From Candidatus Marinacidobacterales bacterium (lineage in GTDB: Bacteria; Acidobacteriota; Vicinamibacteria; Marinacidobacterales; DATDRI01): DNA of 64,000 nucleotides. This document shows positions 21,941 to 31,781 of this stretch, piece after piece. A program made the position numbers and the translations under genes. Under the pieces are notes generated by a model. It was not told the origin of the DNA. It worked only from the letters and a program-made list of their open reading frames with translations, and made no database searches. Location: assembly GCA_965219415.1 (NCBI GenBank), contig OZ244742.1:1888001-1952000 (forward strand), written 5' to 3'. Numbering within the stretch: the first letter of the stretch is position 1; each line of letters opens with the position of its first letter.

Positions 21941-23308
21941 ATGATCGCCGATCTTCGCGCCGTACTGGATGTCTTCGAATCCAATAACGAGTTGATTCGG
22001 ATCAAAGAAGAGGTCGAGCCGAACTATCAAATTACCGCGTTTTGTCGCTTGGTTTCCGACGCGGACGGCCCCGCCCTTTTGTTCGAGCGTATCAAGGGAC
22101 ACTCCGTGCCTTTGGCGGTCAACCTTTTTGGGACACGAAGGCGCATCGCGCTGGCCCTCGAGACCACCGAACACGAGATGACCGAGCGGAATCTGGAATG
22201 TCTCAAGAAACCCTTACCTCCGAAGATGGTGGAAGCCGATCTCTCTGACTGGGTGGTCATGAAAGGCGGAGACATCGATCTGTATGGCATGCCGCATTCG
22301 ATCTGGAACGTGGGAGACGGGGGTCCCTTCGTGACCGCGGGCGTGGTCATGGCTCCGCAGGCAAGCGGCGAGTACAACGCTGGAATTTATCGCATGCAGA
22401 TACACAGCAAGAATACCTGTGGGGTGTATATGGCCCCCGATCACCACGTGCGACGGCTCCTCGAGACGCCAGGGCGGAGTGAACCGGTAGAGATCTCGGT
22501 CGCGCTCGGACCTCCTCCTGCACTATTTCTCACGGCCAGCTCGGATTTTGCGGTCAACGAGAGTGAAGTTTCGATGGCGGGGGCGCTCCAAGGAGAACCC
22601 TTGGAGTTCGCGCCCGGTCTAACGGTGAACGTGCCGTGGCCGATTCGGTCGGAGATCATCATCGAAGGCACGCTGGATGGGACTCTGGCGGAAGAGGGCC
22701 CTTTTGTCGAGTTCACCGGCTATACCACGGGTTCTGGGCCGGCTCCGGTCATGAATGTAACGGCCATTTATCACCGGCCACGGCCGATCTACCATGCCGC
22801 CTATGTGGGCAAGCCGCCGAACGAAACGGCAACCGTCTGGCGTGAAATAGAAGAAGCGAAAGCACTTCGGGTGCTCCAAGAACGCTTTCCCATCGTGAAG
22901 GGAATGCACCGGCCCCCTCAGATCGGACGAGACTTCTGGTGTGTCATCTCGGTGGACTCCGAACGTGCCAAACCCGGAATGATCGGAAACTTGCTACTCG
23001 GCGCCGCCTACTGCCTCCCGCGTCCGAAGTTCCTGATCGTTGTGGACGATGACGTCGATATCTACCGGCTCGAGGATGTGCTCTGGGCTTTGAGCATGCG
23101 CGTGAACCCTCAGCGCGATAGTTTTTTTGCACCCAATACAATGACATCCGGGCTGGATCCCTGTGGACCCACTCCCCCGCTGACCTCGAAGCTCTTGATC
23201 GACGCCACCAAGAAAAAGGGTTTCCGGGGCCGGCTCGGGGTGCCGACCGACGAAGCCTTCGACTTCGCCCGCAAGACGTTAGCCAAATACCTAAAAAACA
23301 GAGACTAA
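21941..23308 (+). CDS. UbiD family prFMN-dependent decarboxylase
   Basis: PALLFE, NLFGT..R, NAGIYR, EGPFVEFTG, PPNE, VDDDVD, IDAT. Confidence 0.93.
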   Translation: MIADLRAVLDVFESNNELIRIKEEVEPNYQITAFCRLVSDADGPALLFERIKGHSVPLAVNLFGTRRRIALALETTEHEMTERNLECLKKPLPPKMVEADLSDWVVMKGGDIDLYGMPHSIWNVGDGGPFVTAGVVMAPQASGEYNAGIYRMQIHSKNTCGVYMAPDHHVRRLLETPGRSEPVEISVALGPPPALFLTASSDFAVNESEVSMAGALQGEPLEFAPGLTVNVPWPIRSEIIIEGTLDGTLAEEGPFVEFTGYTTGSGPAPVMNVTAIYHRPRPIYHAAYVGKPPNETATVWREIEEAKALRVLQERFPIVKGMHRPPQIGRDFWCVISVDSERAKPGMIGNLLLGAAYCLPRPKFLIVVDDDVDIYRLEDVLWALSMRVNPQRDSFFAPNTMTSGLDPCGPTPPLTSKLLIDATKKKGFRGRLGVPTDEAFDFARKTLAKYLKNRD

Positions 23309-23317
23309 GGAGAGCAG

Positions 23318-24286
23318 TTGATGGAATTCGGAGTCTACTTGCCCCACGCGGGACCACTCTGCGGCGCGGAGGCGGTCCGCGACGTCGCTCAAGCGGCCGA
23401 GGAGCTCGGCTTCGCTTCGGTTTGGGTCAATGACCACATCCCACACACGCTCAAGTGGTCAGAGAAATTTCTGTGTGTCGGCTCGCTCGATGCACCCAAT
23501 AGGCCCGACCACCTCGAAGCCATTACCTCACTGAGTTATGTCGCCGCCTCCACGAGCAAAGTAAGACTCGGCTTTACAGTCCTGGTCTTGCCGTTCCGCC
23601 CGCCTGCACTGCTGGCCAAGCAGTGCGCCACTCTCGATGTGTACTCCGGGGGCCGCCTGATCTTTGGCGTCGGTGCCGGAGGGGTCGAACCGGAGTTTCG
23701 AGCCTTGGACATTCCCTTCAAGGGCCGCGCCGGCGAAACGGTTCGCTCGATACGCTCGATTCGCAAGTATTGGGACACAGGCGCGCTCGACGCGCAAGTG
23801 GACGGTGAGGATCTGACGTTCGAGCTACTTCCGCGTCCGGTGCAGCAACCGGCCCCGCCGATTTGGTTCGGTGGCCACACACCCTGGGCGCTGCGGACCA
23901 CCGCGCGCCATTCGGACGGTTGGCTTCCTTTTGCGCTCACGTTGAAGGAGTTCCAGACGAAACTGCAAGAACTAGACACGGTACTCGCTGAGCTCGAACG
24001 TCCGCGACCGACTCTCGCCACCCAACACTTGATCGCCATCGATGAGGACGGCCGGCGAGCCGAGGAACGAGCCGGCAAGACCCTGACCGCAAGGTTTGGT
24101 GCGTTGGATAAAGGGCTCGAAAAGTCCCTGGTGGGCAGCCCTAATCAAATACTCTTGAAGCTCCGAGCCTACAAAGGCCTCGGCGCGGAACACGTGGTGT
24201 TGGGCTTCATATCCACCACGGTCTCTGAAATGCTGGATGACATGCGGCTCTTCGCCACGACGGTCCTGCCAACCTTCGAGAGCTGA
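23318..24286 (+). CDS. LLM-class (luciferase-like, possibly F420-dependent) oxidoreductase
   Basis: AEELGFASVWVNDH, LAKQCATLD..SGGRL.FGVGAG, P.PVQ.P.PPIW.GG. Confidence 0.9.
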   Translation: MMEFGVYLPHAGPLCGAEAVRDVAQAAEELGFASVWVNDHIPHTLKWSEKFLCVGSLDAPNRPDHLEAITSLSYVAASTSKVRLGFTVLVLPFRPPALLAKQCATLDVYSGGRLIFGVGAGGVEPEFRALDIPFKGRAGETVRSIRSIRKYWDTGALDAQVDGEDLTFELLPRPVQQPAPPIWFGGHTPWALRTTARHSDGWLPFALTLKEFQTKLQELDTVLAELERPRPTLATQHLIAIDEDGRRAEERAGKTLTARFGALDKGLEKSLVGSPNQILLKLRAYKGLGAEHVVLGFISTTVSEMLDDMRLFATTVLPTFES

Positions 24287-24303
24287 GAAAAGAGGTCCCC
24301 TCC

Positions 24304-24759
24304 ATGAGCTCGCCGGTAACGACCGAGCTAACCGAAGCGCAGTTCGAGACCCTGCAATCGGGTTGCGCCGGTCTCCTGGTGACGGTCGAAGCGAATCATT
24401 TTCCAACCACCGCCTTCGTATGGACGGTCGCTGCGTCGCACAAGAAAGTGCGGTTCGGGATCGAGGGGGGGACAACTCTCGCCAACCTCGAACGGGAGGG
24501 AATGGCTTCACTCCAGATCATCGGCGCCAGCAATCGTGTTTTTCTGATCAAGGGAACGACCACCATGGTGAAGCCACGCCTGGAGGCGGTGCCCTTCGAG
24601 AGCGCGATGATGAGCTTGAAGGTGGCAGAAGTTAAGGATCAGACCTGGCCCGAGGTCTCGGTGCGCGAGCTCGCCTACGAATGGACTTCCGATCGTCGTG
24701 AAGAGTGGAGCGGCATCGAGCAAGCCGTCTATCGAGAAATGAAGGAGTGGAAGGACTGA
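24304..24759 (+). CDS. Pyridoxamine 5'-phosphate oxidase-like split-barrel flavin-binding protein
   Basis: LLVTV...FP.TAF.W, TLANL, V.LIKG pattern; about 150 aa. Confidence 0.6.
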   Translation: MSSPVTTELTEAQFETLQSGCAGLLVTVEANHFPTTAFVWTVAASHKKVRFGIEGGTTLANLEREGMASLQIIGASNRVFLIKGTTTMVKPRLEAVPFESAMMSLKVAEVKDQTWPEVSVRELAYEWTSDRREEWSGIEQAVYREMKEWKD

Positions 24760-24775
24760 CGCGACCGCGATCGTC

Positions 24776-25375
24776 TCAGTTTTGCGATGGTTCCCCGCTA
24801 GACATGACGCCGTCCCAGCGAGGCGCCTCGTCGAGATGAATCCCCAGCTGATCTAGGACCCGCATCACAGTCTGATCGACGATCTCGGCGACCGTTTCCG
24901 GGCGATTGTAGAAAGCCGGTACCGGCGGAGAAATAACGACACCCATCCGCGAGAGCTTCAACATGTTCTCGAGGTGCACCGCGTTCAGCGGCGCTTCACG
25001 CACGACCAGCACCAGCTTCCGTCGCTCCTTCAGGACAACATCTGCCGCCCGGTGAATAAGATTGTCGCTCACGCCGTTGGCGATGGCGCCGAGCGTCTTC
25101 ACGCTGCAGGGAGCAACGACCATCCCCGAGGTTTGAAATGAACCGCTCGAGATCTTGGCTCCCTGATCGTTCTGGGCGCAGGTATAGCTGGCCATCTGCT
25201 GCACCTGCTCAACCGTGTACGACGTCTCGTGGATGAGGGTCCGCGCACCCCACTTGCTGATGATCAGGTGTGTCTCCACATTAGCTTGGCGGAGCATTTG
25301 CAGCGCCCGAACGCCGTAGATCGTACCGGTCGCACCGGTGATGGCGACAATGATTTGCCGGGCCGGCTCACTCAT
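24776..25375 (-). CDS. ubiX: Flavin prenyltransferase
   Basis: VAITGATG, ISSGSF, APCS, RAADV.LKERR, RE.P, PP.PAFY; start reassigned to ATG 25375. Confidence 0.93.
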   Translation of the reverse strand: MSEPARQIIVAITGATGTIYGVRALQMLRQANVETHLIISKWGARTLIHETSYTVEQVQQMASYTCAQNDQGAKISSGSFQTSGMVVAPCSVKTLGAIANGVSDNLIHRAADVVLKERRKLVLVVREAPLNAVHLENMLKLSRMGVVISPPVPAFYNRPETVAEIVDQTVMRVLDQLGIHLDEAPRWDGVMSSGEPSQN

Positions 25376-25440
25376 GGCAGCACAAGTTACATCAGGTCCA
25401 TGGTTGAACGCGAACCCGGCGCCATTCCCCGCGGCGGCGG

Positions 25441-25735
25441 TTACTTGGTGAGATCGAAGCTCTTGGCGCCTCCGGCCGCGCGAGCGATGGCCTTGATGCC
25501 CTTGTTGCGGGCGGCCTCGGTCGGGTAAATCTGACTGGTCCCGATGACCTGATGGTTCTTGGCCTTCATGACGAAGCGGTGCTTGCCCGAAGCAGCAGGC
25601 TTCGCCTCGAAACATTTCGCGCTTCGACAGTTCTTCTTCACGGAAGCAGCGCCATTGTTTGCGCCGGCTTTTGATCGGTAGCCCTCGCTGGCGAGAACGA
25701 TCTCGCCATTGCTTGCTCTCAGGCGAACCATGACG
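25441..25735 (-). pseudogene. YegP/DUF1508 family protein, N-terminally truncated
   Basis: LRASNGEIVLASEGY...KAKNHQVIGTSQ.Y tandem DUF1508 motifs; 5' end abuts the sulfatase fragment. Confidence 0.7.
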
Positions 25736-25740
25736 GCTGG

Positions 25741-26502
25741 GTGGCTGCCACAAAACACCAGACGCCGTGGGGGGCGGAACCGGATTGTCCGCTCGACCAG
25801 GACACATGGGAGCTGTATCACGTTGCCGAGGATTTCAGTCAGGCGATCGACCTGGCCGCGTCGAATCCGGACAAACTAAATGAACTACAAGACCTCTTCA
25901 TGGAGGAAGCGATTAAGTACGACGTTCTGCTGCTGGATGATCGAACGTTCGAACGTTTCAACGCCAAGATTGCCGGCAGGCCGGACCTGATGGGCGACCG
26001 CACGTCACTCACGGCGTATCCGGGCATGACCCACATGACGGAGAACGCCTTCATCAATGTGAAGAATCGCTCACACACGATCACCGCAGAGGTCGAGATC
26101 CCGCAAGGTGGTGGAGAAGGCGTGATCCTGGCTCAGGGAGGGCGCTTCGCCGGCTGGAGTCTTTATATGAAGGACGGCAAGGTTTCCTACGTACATAACT
26201 GGGTCGGCAAGGAGCGCTACACCATCACCGCACCGGAGCGGCTGGCTCCCGGTAAGGCGACGATACGCTACGAGTTCGCGTACGAGGGCGACCAACCCGG
26301 TTCGGGCGGTACGGGAACGATCTCTGTGAATGGGCAGAAGGTGGCCGAAGGTCGGATCGGCAATACCACGCCGTTCCTCTTTTCTGCTGACAAGACCGCC
26401 GATGTGGGCATGGACGAGGCCACTCCCGTGACCGAAGACTATGCCGAGGGCGACAACGAGTTCACTGGAGAGATCGAGAAGGTGACGGTCGAGCTGAAAT
26501 AG
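25741..26502 (+). pseudogene. Arylsulfatase C-terminal fragment
   Basis: WELYH..EDFSQ..DLAA..P.KL.ELQ.LF..EA.KY.V, NRSHTITA, GGRFAGWSLY; catalytic N-terminal half absent. Confidence 0.8.
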
Positions 26503-26746
26503 GCGGATCAGTGCGTGAGCGCGTCCGCTGTGTCAGCAAACGAGCGGTTACAGCGGACGCCGCTACCGGATAACCACGAAGAGAGCCAGACTACCAGGCG
26601 TCGCGATGACGCTGATTGGCTCGGGAAGGGCACCATTGGTGCCACTGATAACCCTCGCGGCAACGAGCTCCGCCTCGGGTCCATTCTGCGTGAATTCAAT
26701 TCGAAGTCCCCACACCCTACCGTTTGAATCTCCTACGAGTCAAAGT

Positions 26747-28057
26747 TCAATTGCTGGTCTGGTCGATTCTGAGTACGGTGTGGAACAGCACGTCGGCACC
26801 GTTTGCCATATCTTGCGGCGAGGTGTATTCAAAAGGTGAATGGCTGATGCCATTCTTGCTGGGCACGAAAATCATACCCGTGGGGGTAATTGCCGCCATC
26901 TCCTGCGCGTCGTGACCCGCCCCGCTCGGCATAGATTTATAACTCAACCCGAGCTCTTGCGCAGATTTGGCAATCATGTTTTGTATGCGCTGATCCGTGA
27001 TCGCTGGCAATATGTCAAGGTGTTGGGATTGAAAACTAATTGTGGTGCCGGACTCTTTCTCGATGGCCACCGATTGCTGCTTTATCTGGTCCAGAATTGA
27101 GAAGATCTTCTCCCTCGAAAGATCCCGTAGTTCCAGCACGAACACGGCCTTGCCGGGGATCACATTGGGCGCGCCCGGTTCGACCTTGATCTTACCCACG
27201 GTGGCCACTTGCTGGCCAAGTGTCGCACGGGTAATTTCGTTGATCGCGACGATCAGTTTGGAGGCGGCCAGCAGGGCATCCTCGCGTAGGTTCATGGGAG
27301 TGGTACCGGCATGATTCGCCATGCCCTTTACTGTAACTTCCCATTCCTCGATGCTCACGATCCCCGTGACCACACCGATGTTCAGGTTTTCGTTGTCCAG
27401 AACAGCTCCCTGTTCGATATGTAATTCCAGAAATGCCTTGATTTCAGCCGGTTCACGCTTGGCACCTTCCAAGGAGTCCGGATTCCCCCCGATGTCCCGT
27501 ATGCCCTGGGCGATGGTTTTGCTGCTGTTGCTAACGCGGTGCAGATCGTCCGCCTGCAAGGTTCCGCTCATGGCCTGGCTGCCAGTGAGTCCACCTTCTT
27601 CGTCAGAGAACACAATTACTTCCAACGGATGCTCGGTTACAATCCCCGCCTCATTCAGCAGTTCAATGCATTCCAGGGAGCCGATCACCCCAACATCCCC
27701 GTCGTAGTTGCCACCATGAGGCACCGAATCGATGTGCGACCCGAAGAGGATCGAAGGAAGATTCGAGTTGTTACCTTTCCGTTTGCCTATAATATTGCCG
27801 GCGACGTCAACGTTCACTTCCAGACCCGCATCTTTCATTAGGGTCATGGCGTACTCACGGCCCAGGGTGTCGGCCTTGCTGAATCCCAGTCTGCTTACCC
27901 CACCGTCCGGATTGGCGCCATATTTGGATAGCGCCATGATCCGGGATTCCATCCGGGTGGCATCGGCACGTACTTCAACTTGGGCTAAACAAGGACAGGC
28001 AAAAAACAAGTAAACCAGGTAGAAGCAACTTTGGAATTCAGCGCTGTGTAACTTCAT
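26747..28057 (-). CDS. Zn-dependent M20 hydrolase (N-carbamoyl-amino-acid/allantoate amidohydrolase family)
   Basis: GSHIDSVP.GG.YDG, DEEG, ELHIEQG, NHAGTTPM, SGAGHDA, GISHSP.E. Confidence 0.92.
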   Translation of the reverse strand: MKLHSAEFQSCFYLVYLFFACPCLAQVEVRADATRMESRIMALSKYGANPDGGVSRLGFSKADTLGREYAMTLMKDAGLEVNVDVAGNIIGKRKGNNSNLPSILFGSHIDSVPHGGNYDGDVGVIGSLECIELLNEAGIVTEHPLEVIVFSDEEGGLTGSQAMSGTLQADDLHRVSNSSKTIAQGIRDIGGNPDSLEGAKREPAEIKAFLELHIEQGAVLDNENLNIGVVTGIVSIEEWEVTVKGMANHAGTTPMNLREDALLAASKLIVAINEITRATLGQQVATVGKIKVEPGAPNVIPGKAVFVLELRDLSREKIFSILDQIKQQSVAIEKESGTTISFQSQHLDILPAITDQRIQNMIAKSAQELGLSYKSMPSGAGHDAQEMAAITPTGMIFVPSKNGISHSPFEYTSPQDMANGADVLFHTVLRIDQTSN

Positions 28058-28249
28058 CGTGGATGCCCCCCATCTCGCCGCGGCTGATCATTCAGGACCC
28101 TATAGTGAGAGAGCCCGTCCAATTGCCGTCGAGGTTTCGCTAGCAGTGAAAATAGTCTCGCGCCACTTGGATTGTCAAAGGTTCCGAAGACGGAGGGCTC
28201 CGCTGGCCTACATCAGCCGCCAGCTGCCGCATAGCTCATCAGAGACTAC

Positions 28250-28291
28250 GGGTTACTGTAGCTCACGCTGGTTTGGAACCAAGTTGGAACC
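28250..28291 (+). repeat. Isolated att-arm copy with TTGGAACC direct repeats
   Basis: GGGTTACTGTAGCTCACGCTGGTTTGGAACCAAGTTGGAACC matches the arms at about 35973-36014 and 38234-38275. Confidence 0.75.
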
Positions 28292-28333
28292 CAACACCAA
28301 CCTTCCTATCGCTGCCATCAATATGCAACACGC

Positions 28334-28362
28334 TTGACATCATGATGTCTACCTACTATCAT
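28334..28362 (+). promoter_or_regulatory. Sigma70-type promoter with overlapping operator palindrome for vapBC
   Basis: TTGACA-17 bp-TATCAT; palindrome GACATCATGATGTC (28336-28349); ATG 6 nt downstream, so probably leaderless. Confidence 0.75.
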
Positions 28363-28368
28363 CAATGC

Positions 28369-28617
28369 ATGAGAACGACTCTCACTCTGGACGATGACGT
28401 TGCCGCCAAGCTCAAGGCGGAAACTCGACGTAGCGGTAGGACTCTCAAGGACGTCGTGAATGAGTATCTCCGCCTGGGGCTCTACGCGAAAAAAACTCAG
28501 CAGCCCCGAAGGCCCTTTCACGTCGAAGCGCGTGACCTAGGGGCACTTCGTCCCGGCCTCAGCTTGGATAACGTTGGCGATCTGTTGGAGCAACTTGAGG
28601 GCCCAGTCCACCGGTGA
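28369..28617 (+). CDS. vapB: VapB-type antitoxin (RHH)
   Basis: MRTTLTLDDDV...LKDVVNE.LR.GL; GTGA overlap with the PIN gene. Confidence 0.85.
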   Translation: MRTTLTLDDDVAAKLKAETRRSGRTLKDVVNEYLRLGLYAKKTQQPRRPFHVEARDLGALRPGLSLDNVGDLLEQLEGPVHR

Positions 28618-29045
28618 TCCTCGTCGACGCCAACATCGTTCTCCACGCCTACCATCCCCATTCGGAGCATCATGAAGCTTGCCGGCTGTGGATCGAGGAA
28701 AACTACTCCGCGCCAGCGCCAATCGGGCTTCCCTGGCTCACCATCTGGGCATTCCTTCGTATTAGTACGAATCCTCGTGCGTTCGAAAAACCGCTCACCA
28801 TGAAAGAGGCGGCAGCGATCGCGTCGTCATGGTTCGATGTGGCCGCCGTTCGAGTGGTGGTGCCGGGTGAACGTTACTGGGAGATCTTGAGGAACCTGCT
28901 ACTCGAGGCCCAGATCTCAGGTCCCCTCGTAACCGATGCCGCTCTAGCGGCCATGGCCATCGAGCAAGGTGCGAGCGTCTGCACAACCGACCGAGATTTT
29001 GCTCGTTTCGCAGAAGTACAGATCGTCGACCCCTCGCGAACGTAG
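28614..29045 (+). CDS. vapC: VapC PIN-domain toxin
   Basis: ILVDANI, DAALAA.A.E, TTDRDFARF. Confidence 0.92.
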   Translation: MILVDANIVLHAYHPHSEHHEACRLWIEENYSAPAPIGLPWLTIWAFLRISTNPRAFEKPLTMKEAAAIASSWFDVAAVRVVVPGERYWEILRNLLLEAQISGPLVTDAALAAMAIEQGASVCTTDRDFARFAEVQIVDPSRT

Positions 29046-29189
29046 GCTAGGTTCTGCTCCGGAATGTCCCTCTTGTTCAGACAACTGGAAAGAGGGCATA
29101 TGGGCCCGTGTTTTGCGATGGTTCAGTGGTAGCTGACTCTCCTGCCACGCTATGCGGCTTGTCCGCAACTAAGCTTGATCTTTATACAT

Positions 29190-30113
29190 ATGAAGCCTTT
29201 GCACATTGAAACACCGTTCTTCGAGTCCCGCGCGCTGACCATCGGCGCAGGCCGGACTGTCTGGCTAAAGCTCGAAGCAATGCAGCCGCCCGGTTCATTC
29301 AAGATTCGTGGGATTGGATTGGCTTGCCAAGAATACGTTCGCCGCGGCGCCGAGCGGTTCATTTCGTCGTCCGGCGGAAATGCGGGTATCGCAGTGGCCT
29401 ACGCTGGGCGCCATCTATCCGTGCCAGTGGTCGTCGTGGTTCCCGAGACCACCACCGACAGAGCCAAGGCACTGATACAGCAAGAGGGCGCCGAAGTGGT
29501 TGTCCATGGCTCTTCCTGGCACGAAGCGAATGCACTGGCATTGTCGATGGTCAAGGAATCTGATGCATTTCTGCATCCGTTCGATGCCCCTCTTATTTGG
29601 CAAGGACATGCCAGCCTGGTTGACGAAGTAGTGCGATCGGGTGTGAAGCCTGATGTCGTCGTTCTCTCGGTAGGAGGCGGCGGGTTGCTAAGCGGCGTCG
29701 TGGAGGGGCTACATCGAAACGGCTGGACCGATGTCCCGGTGATTGCCGTCGAAACGGAAGGAGCCGACTCATTAGCTCAGTCGGTTCGAGCAGGCTACCC
29801 AGTCGAATTGGCCGCCATCACCAGTATTGCCACTTCACTGGGCGCCACGCGAATTTGCGAACAAGCGTTCAGTTGGTCAAAGAAGCATCCTCTTCGCAGC
29901 ATCGTGGTCTCGGATCGGGCCGCTGTATTCGCATGCCAAAGATTCCTTGCCGATCACCGGGTAGTAGTGGAGCCGGCTTGCGGAGCATCTCTCGCGGTCG
30001 TGTATGACGGCGCACCGGAACTTGAAGAATTCAAATCCGTTCTGGTCGTCGTTTGCGGTGGAGTGACCGTAACCGTCGAACAGTTGCAAGAATGGTCGAA
30101 GGTATATGCATAA
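29190..30113 (+). CDS. PLP-dependent serine/threonine dehydratase-like enzyme
   Basis: KLE..QP.GSFKIRG, SSGGNAG, SVGGGGLL, VEPACGA. Confidence 0.9.
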   Translation: MKPLHIETPFFESRALTIGAGRTVWLKLEAMQPPGSFKIRGIGLACQEYVRRGAERFISSSGGNAGIAVAYAGRHLSVPVVVVVPETTTDRAKALIQQEGAEVVVHGSSWHEANALALSMVKESDAFLHPFDAPLIWQGHASLVDEVVRSGVKPDVVVLSVGGGGLLSGVVEGLHRNGWTDVPVIAVETEGADSLAQSVRAGYPVELAAITSIATSLGATRICEQAFSWSKKHPLRSIVVSDRAAVFACQRFLADHRVVVEPACGASLAVVYDGAPELEEFKSVLVVVCGGVTVTVEQLQEWSKVYA

Positions 30114-30188
30114 CCCGTCGCTTTCTGTCGGCGTTTCGATCGCGCCGAGGTCCGCATCCTCGCCTACCAGGCGCTCACCGAGCAGCAC

Positions 30189-31655
30189 ATGATCCGCTGT
30201 CGTCGCTTCGCAGCCGTCATAACAATCCTGGCGCTCGCCGTCAGTTGCACCAGCCAGGACGACCCGCATGCCGGCGTGGAAACCGGGGACGACAACGCCG
30301 TGGTCGATGCCGTGTTCGCATCCTGGGATTTGCCGGGATCGCCGGGTTGCGCGCTCGCCGTGGCGCAAGATGGCGCCCTGGTATACTCGCGCGGCTACGG
30401 TTACGCCAACCTCGACTACGACATTCCCATCACGCCGCAGACGGTGTTCGACGTCGCCTCGGTGACCAAGCAGTTCAACGCCGCCAGCCTCAACATGCTG
30501 GCGTTGGAAGGGAAGCTGTCGCTCGACGACAACGTCCGCAAGTGGCTTCCGGAGCTACCCGAGTACGAGTGGCCGATTACCCTGCGGCACATGCTCTACC
30601 ACACCAGCGGCTTGCGTGACTATCTGAACCTGTTCCCACTCGCCGGGCGCGACGACTACTACCCGATCTCGCACGGCCAGATTCTGGCGATGATGTCGCG
30701 GCAGCGCGCGCTGATCTATCCGCCAGGTGAACAATACCGTTACAGCAACACAGCCTACATGCTGCTGGCGCAGGTTCTCGAGCGCGCCGGAGGCAAATCG
30801 TTGGGCGAGATAACGCAGGAGCGCATCTTCGAGCCGCTGGGGATGGAAGACAGCTCAATGTACGAAAACCTCGAGGAAATCATTCCTCGGCGCGCCACCG
30901 GCTACGATCGCGACGCCGATGGCCGCCTGCGGATCGTGCACAACTACAACTTTGACGTCGCCGGCGACGGGCAACTGTACTCGACCGTGGAGGATCTGCT
31001 GCGCTGGGACAATTACCTGCACGGCGCCGAGAAGCCGGTGACTTATTCGATGATGCTGACCGAGGGGCACCTCAACAAAGGCGATCCGACCGGCTACGCC
31101 CAAGGCATTCGGCTGGATGAGTACCGCGGCCTGCGCACCGTGGGGCACCACGGCAGTTCCTGGGGGTTCCGCACCCAGCTCGTACGGTTCGTAGAGCCCG
31201 GCCTGTCGATCGCCATCTCCTGCAACGTCGACTCCGCCAAACCTGGAAACCTGGCGCAGCAGGTCGCCGACCACTACCTGGCTGACCAGCTCGGGCCCGA
31301 GAGCGGCGACGAGGCACCCGGCGACGACCAGCCCGCCGCAGGCACGGTATCCGAGCCGCCATCATTGACATCCGACCAGCTGGCCGAGTTTTCTGGTGCG
31401 TTCTATTCTGCCGAGCTGGACGCCACCTACCGTTTCGCGGTGGTCGACGGCGGCCTCGTGGTGCGCATCGAGCAGGAGTCGCTGCTCGACGTCGCGCCGG
31501 TAGCCGATGACCGCTTCGAGTTTGGTTTCCACCCTCAAGGGTGGTCGGGACCACAGCCGGTAAGCCTGGAGTTCGATCGCAACCGTACCGGCGCCATTAC
31601 CGGGTTTGGCCTGAGCTCGGGCTCAGAGCGAGGCATCGTATTCGTGAGACGCTAG
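30189..31655 (+). CDS. Serine hydrolase (beta-lactamase/D-aminopeptidase family) lipoprotein
   Basis: Lipobox AVSC, SVTK (SxxK), YSN, GHHG; extra C-terminal domain. Confidence 0.88.
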   Translation: MIRCRRFAAVITILALAVSCTSQDDPHAGVETGDDNAVVDAVFASWDLPGSPGCALAVAQDGALVYSRGYGYANLDYDIPITPQTVFDVASVTKQFNAASLNMLALEGKLSLDDNVRKWLPELPEYEWPITLRHMLYHTSGLRDYLNLFPLAGRDDYYPISHGQILAMMSRQRALIYPPGEQYRYSNTAYMLLAQVLERAGGKSLGEITQERIFEPLGMEDSSMYENLEEIIPRRATGYDRDADGRLRIVHNYNFDVAGDGQLYSTVEDLLRWDNYLHGAEKPVTYSMMLTEGHLNKGDPTGYAQGIRLDEYRGLRTVGHHGSSWGFRTQLVRFVEPGLSIAISCNVDSAKPGNLAQQVADHYLADQLGPESGDEAPGDDQPAAGTVSEPPSLTSDQLAEFSGAFYSAELDATYRFAVVDGGLVVRIEQESLLDVAPVADDRFEFGFHPQGWSGPQPVSLEFDRNRTGAITGFGLSSGSERGIVFVRR

Positions 31656-31781
31656 CGCTGGTTGCGGGATACTAGCTCGTGCCACGCCGCGAACTGTGTG
31701 ATGAACGGCCGCAACCCAAAGCCGACATTTGCTCTGTCATCTCAGAAATGCAAGTCTGACTCTATTTTCTGGAGACGGTCG

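Noticed and set aside
25376-25807. N-terminal extension of UbiX (343-aa ORF)
   Set aside because: It is an alternate frame over the YegP-like gene. UbiX motifs begin at 25375.
30189-31655. Beta-lactam resistance gene
   Set aside because: SxxK and YxN are shared across the whole serine hydrolase family. The HHG triad and extra C-terminal domain fit peptidase-like members better.
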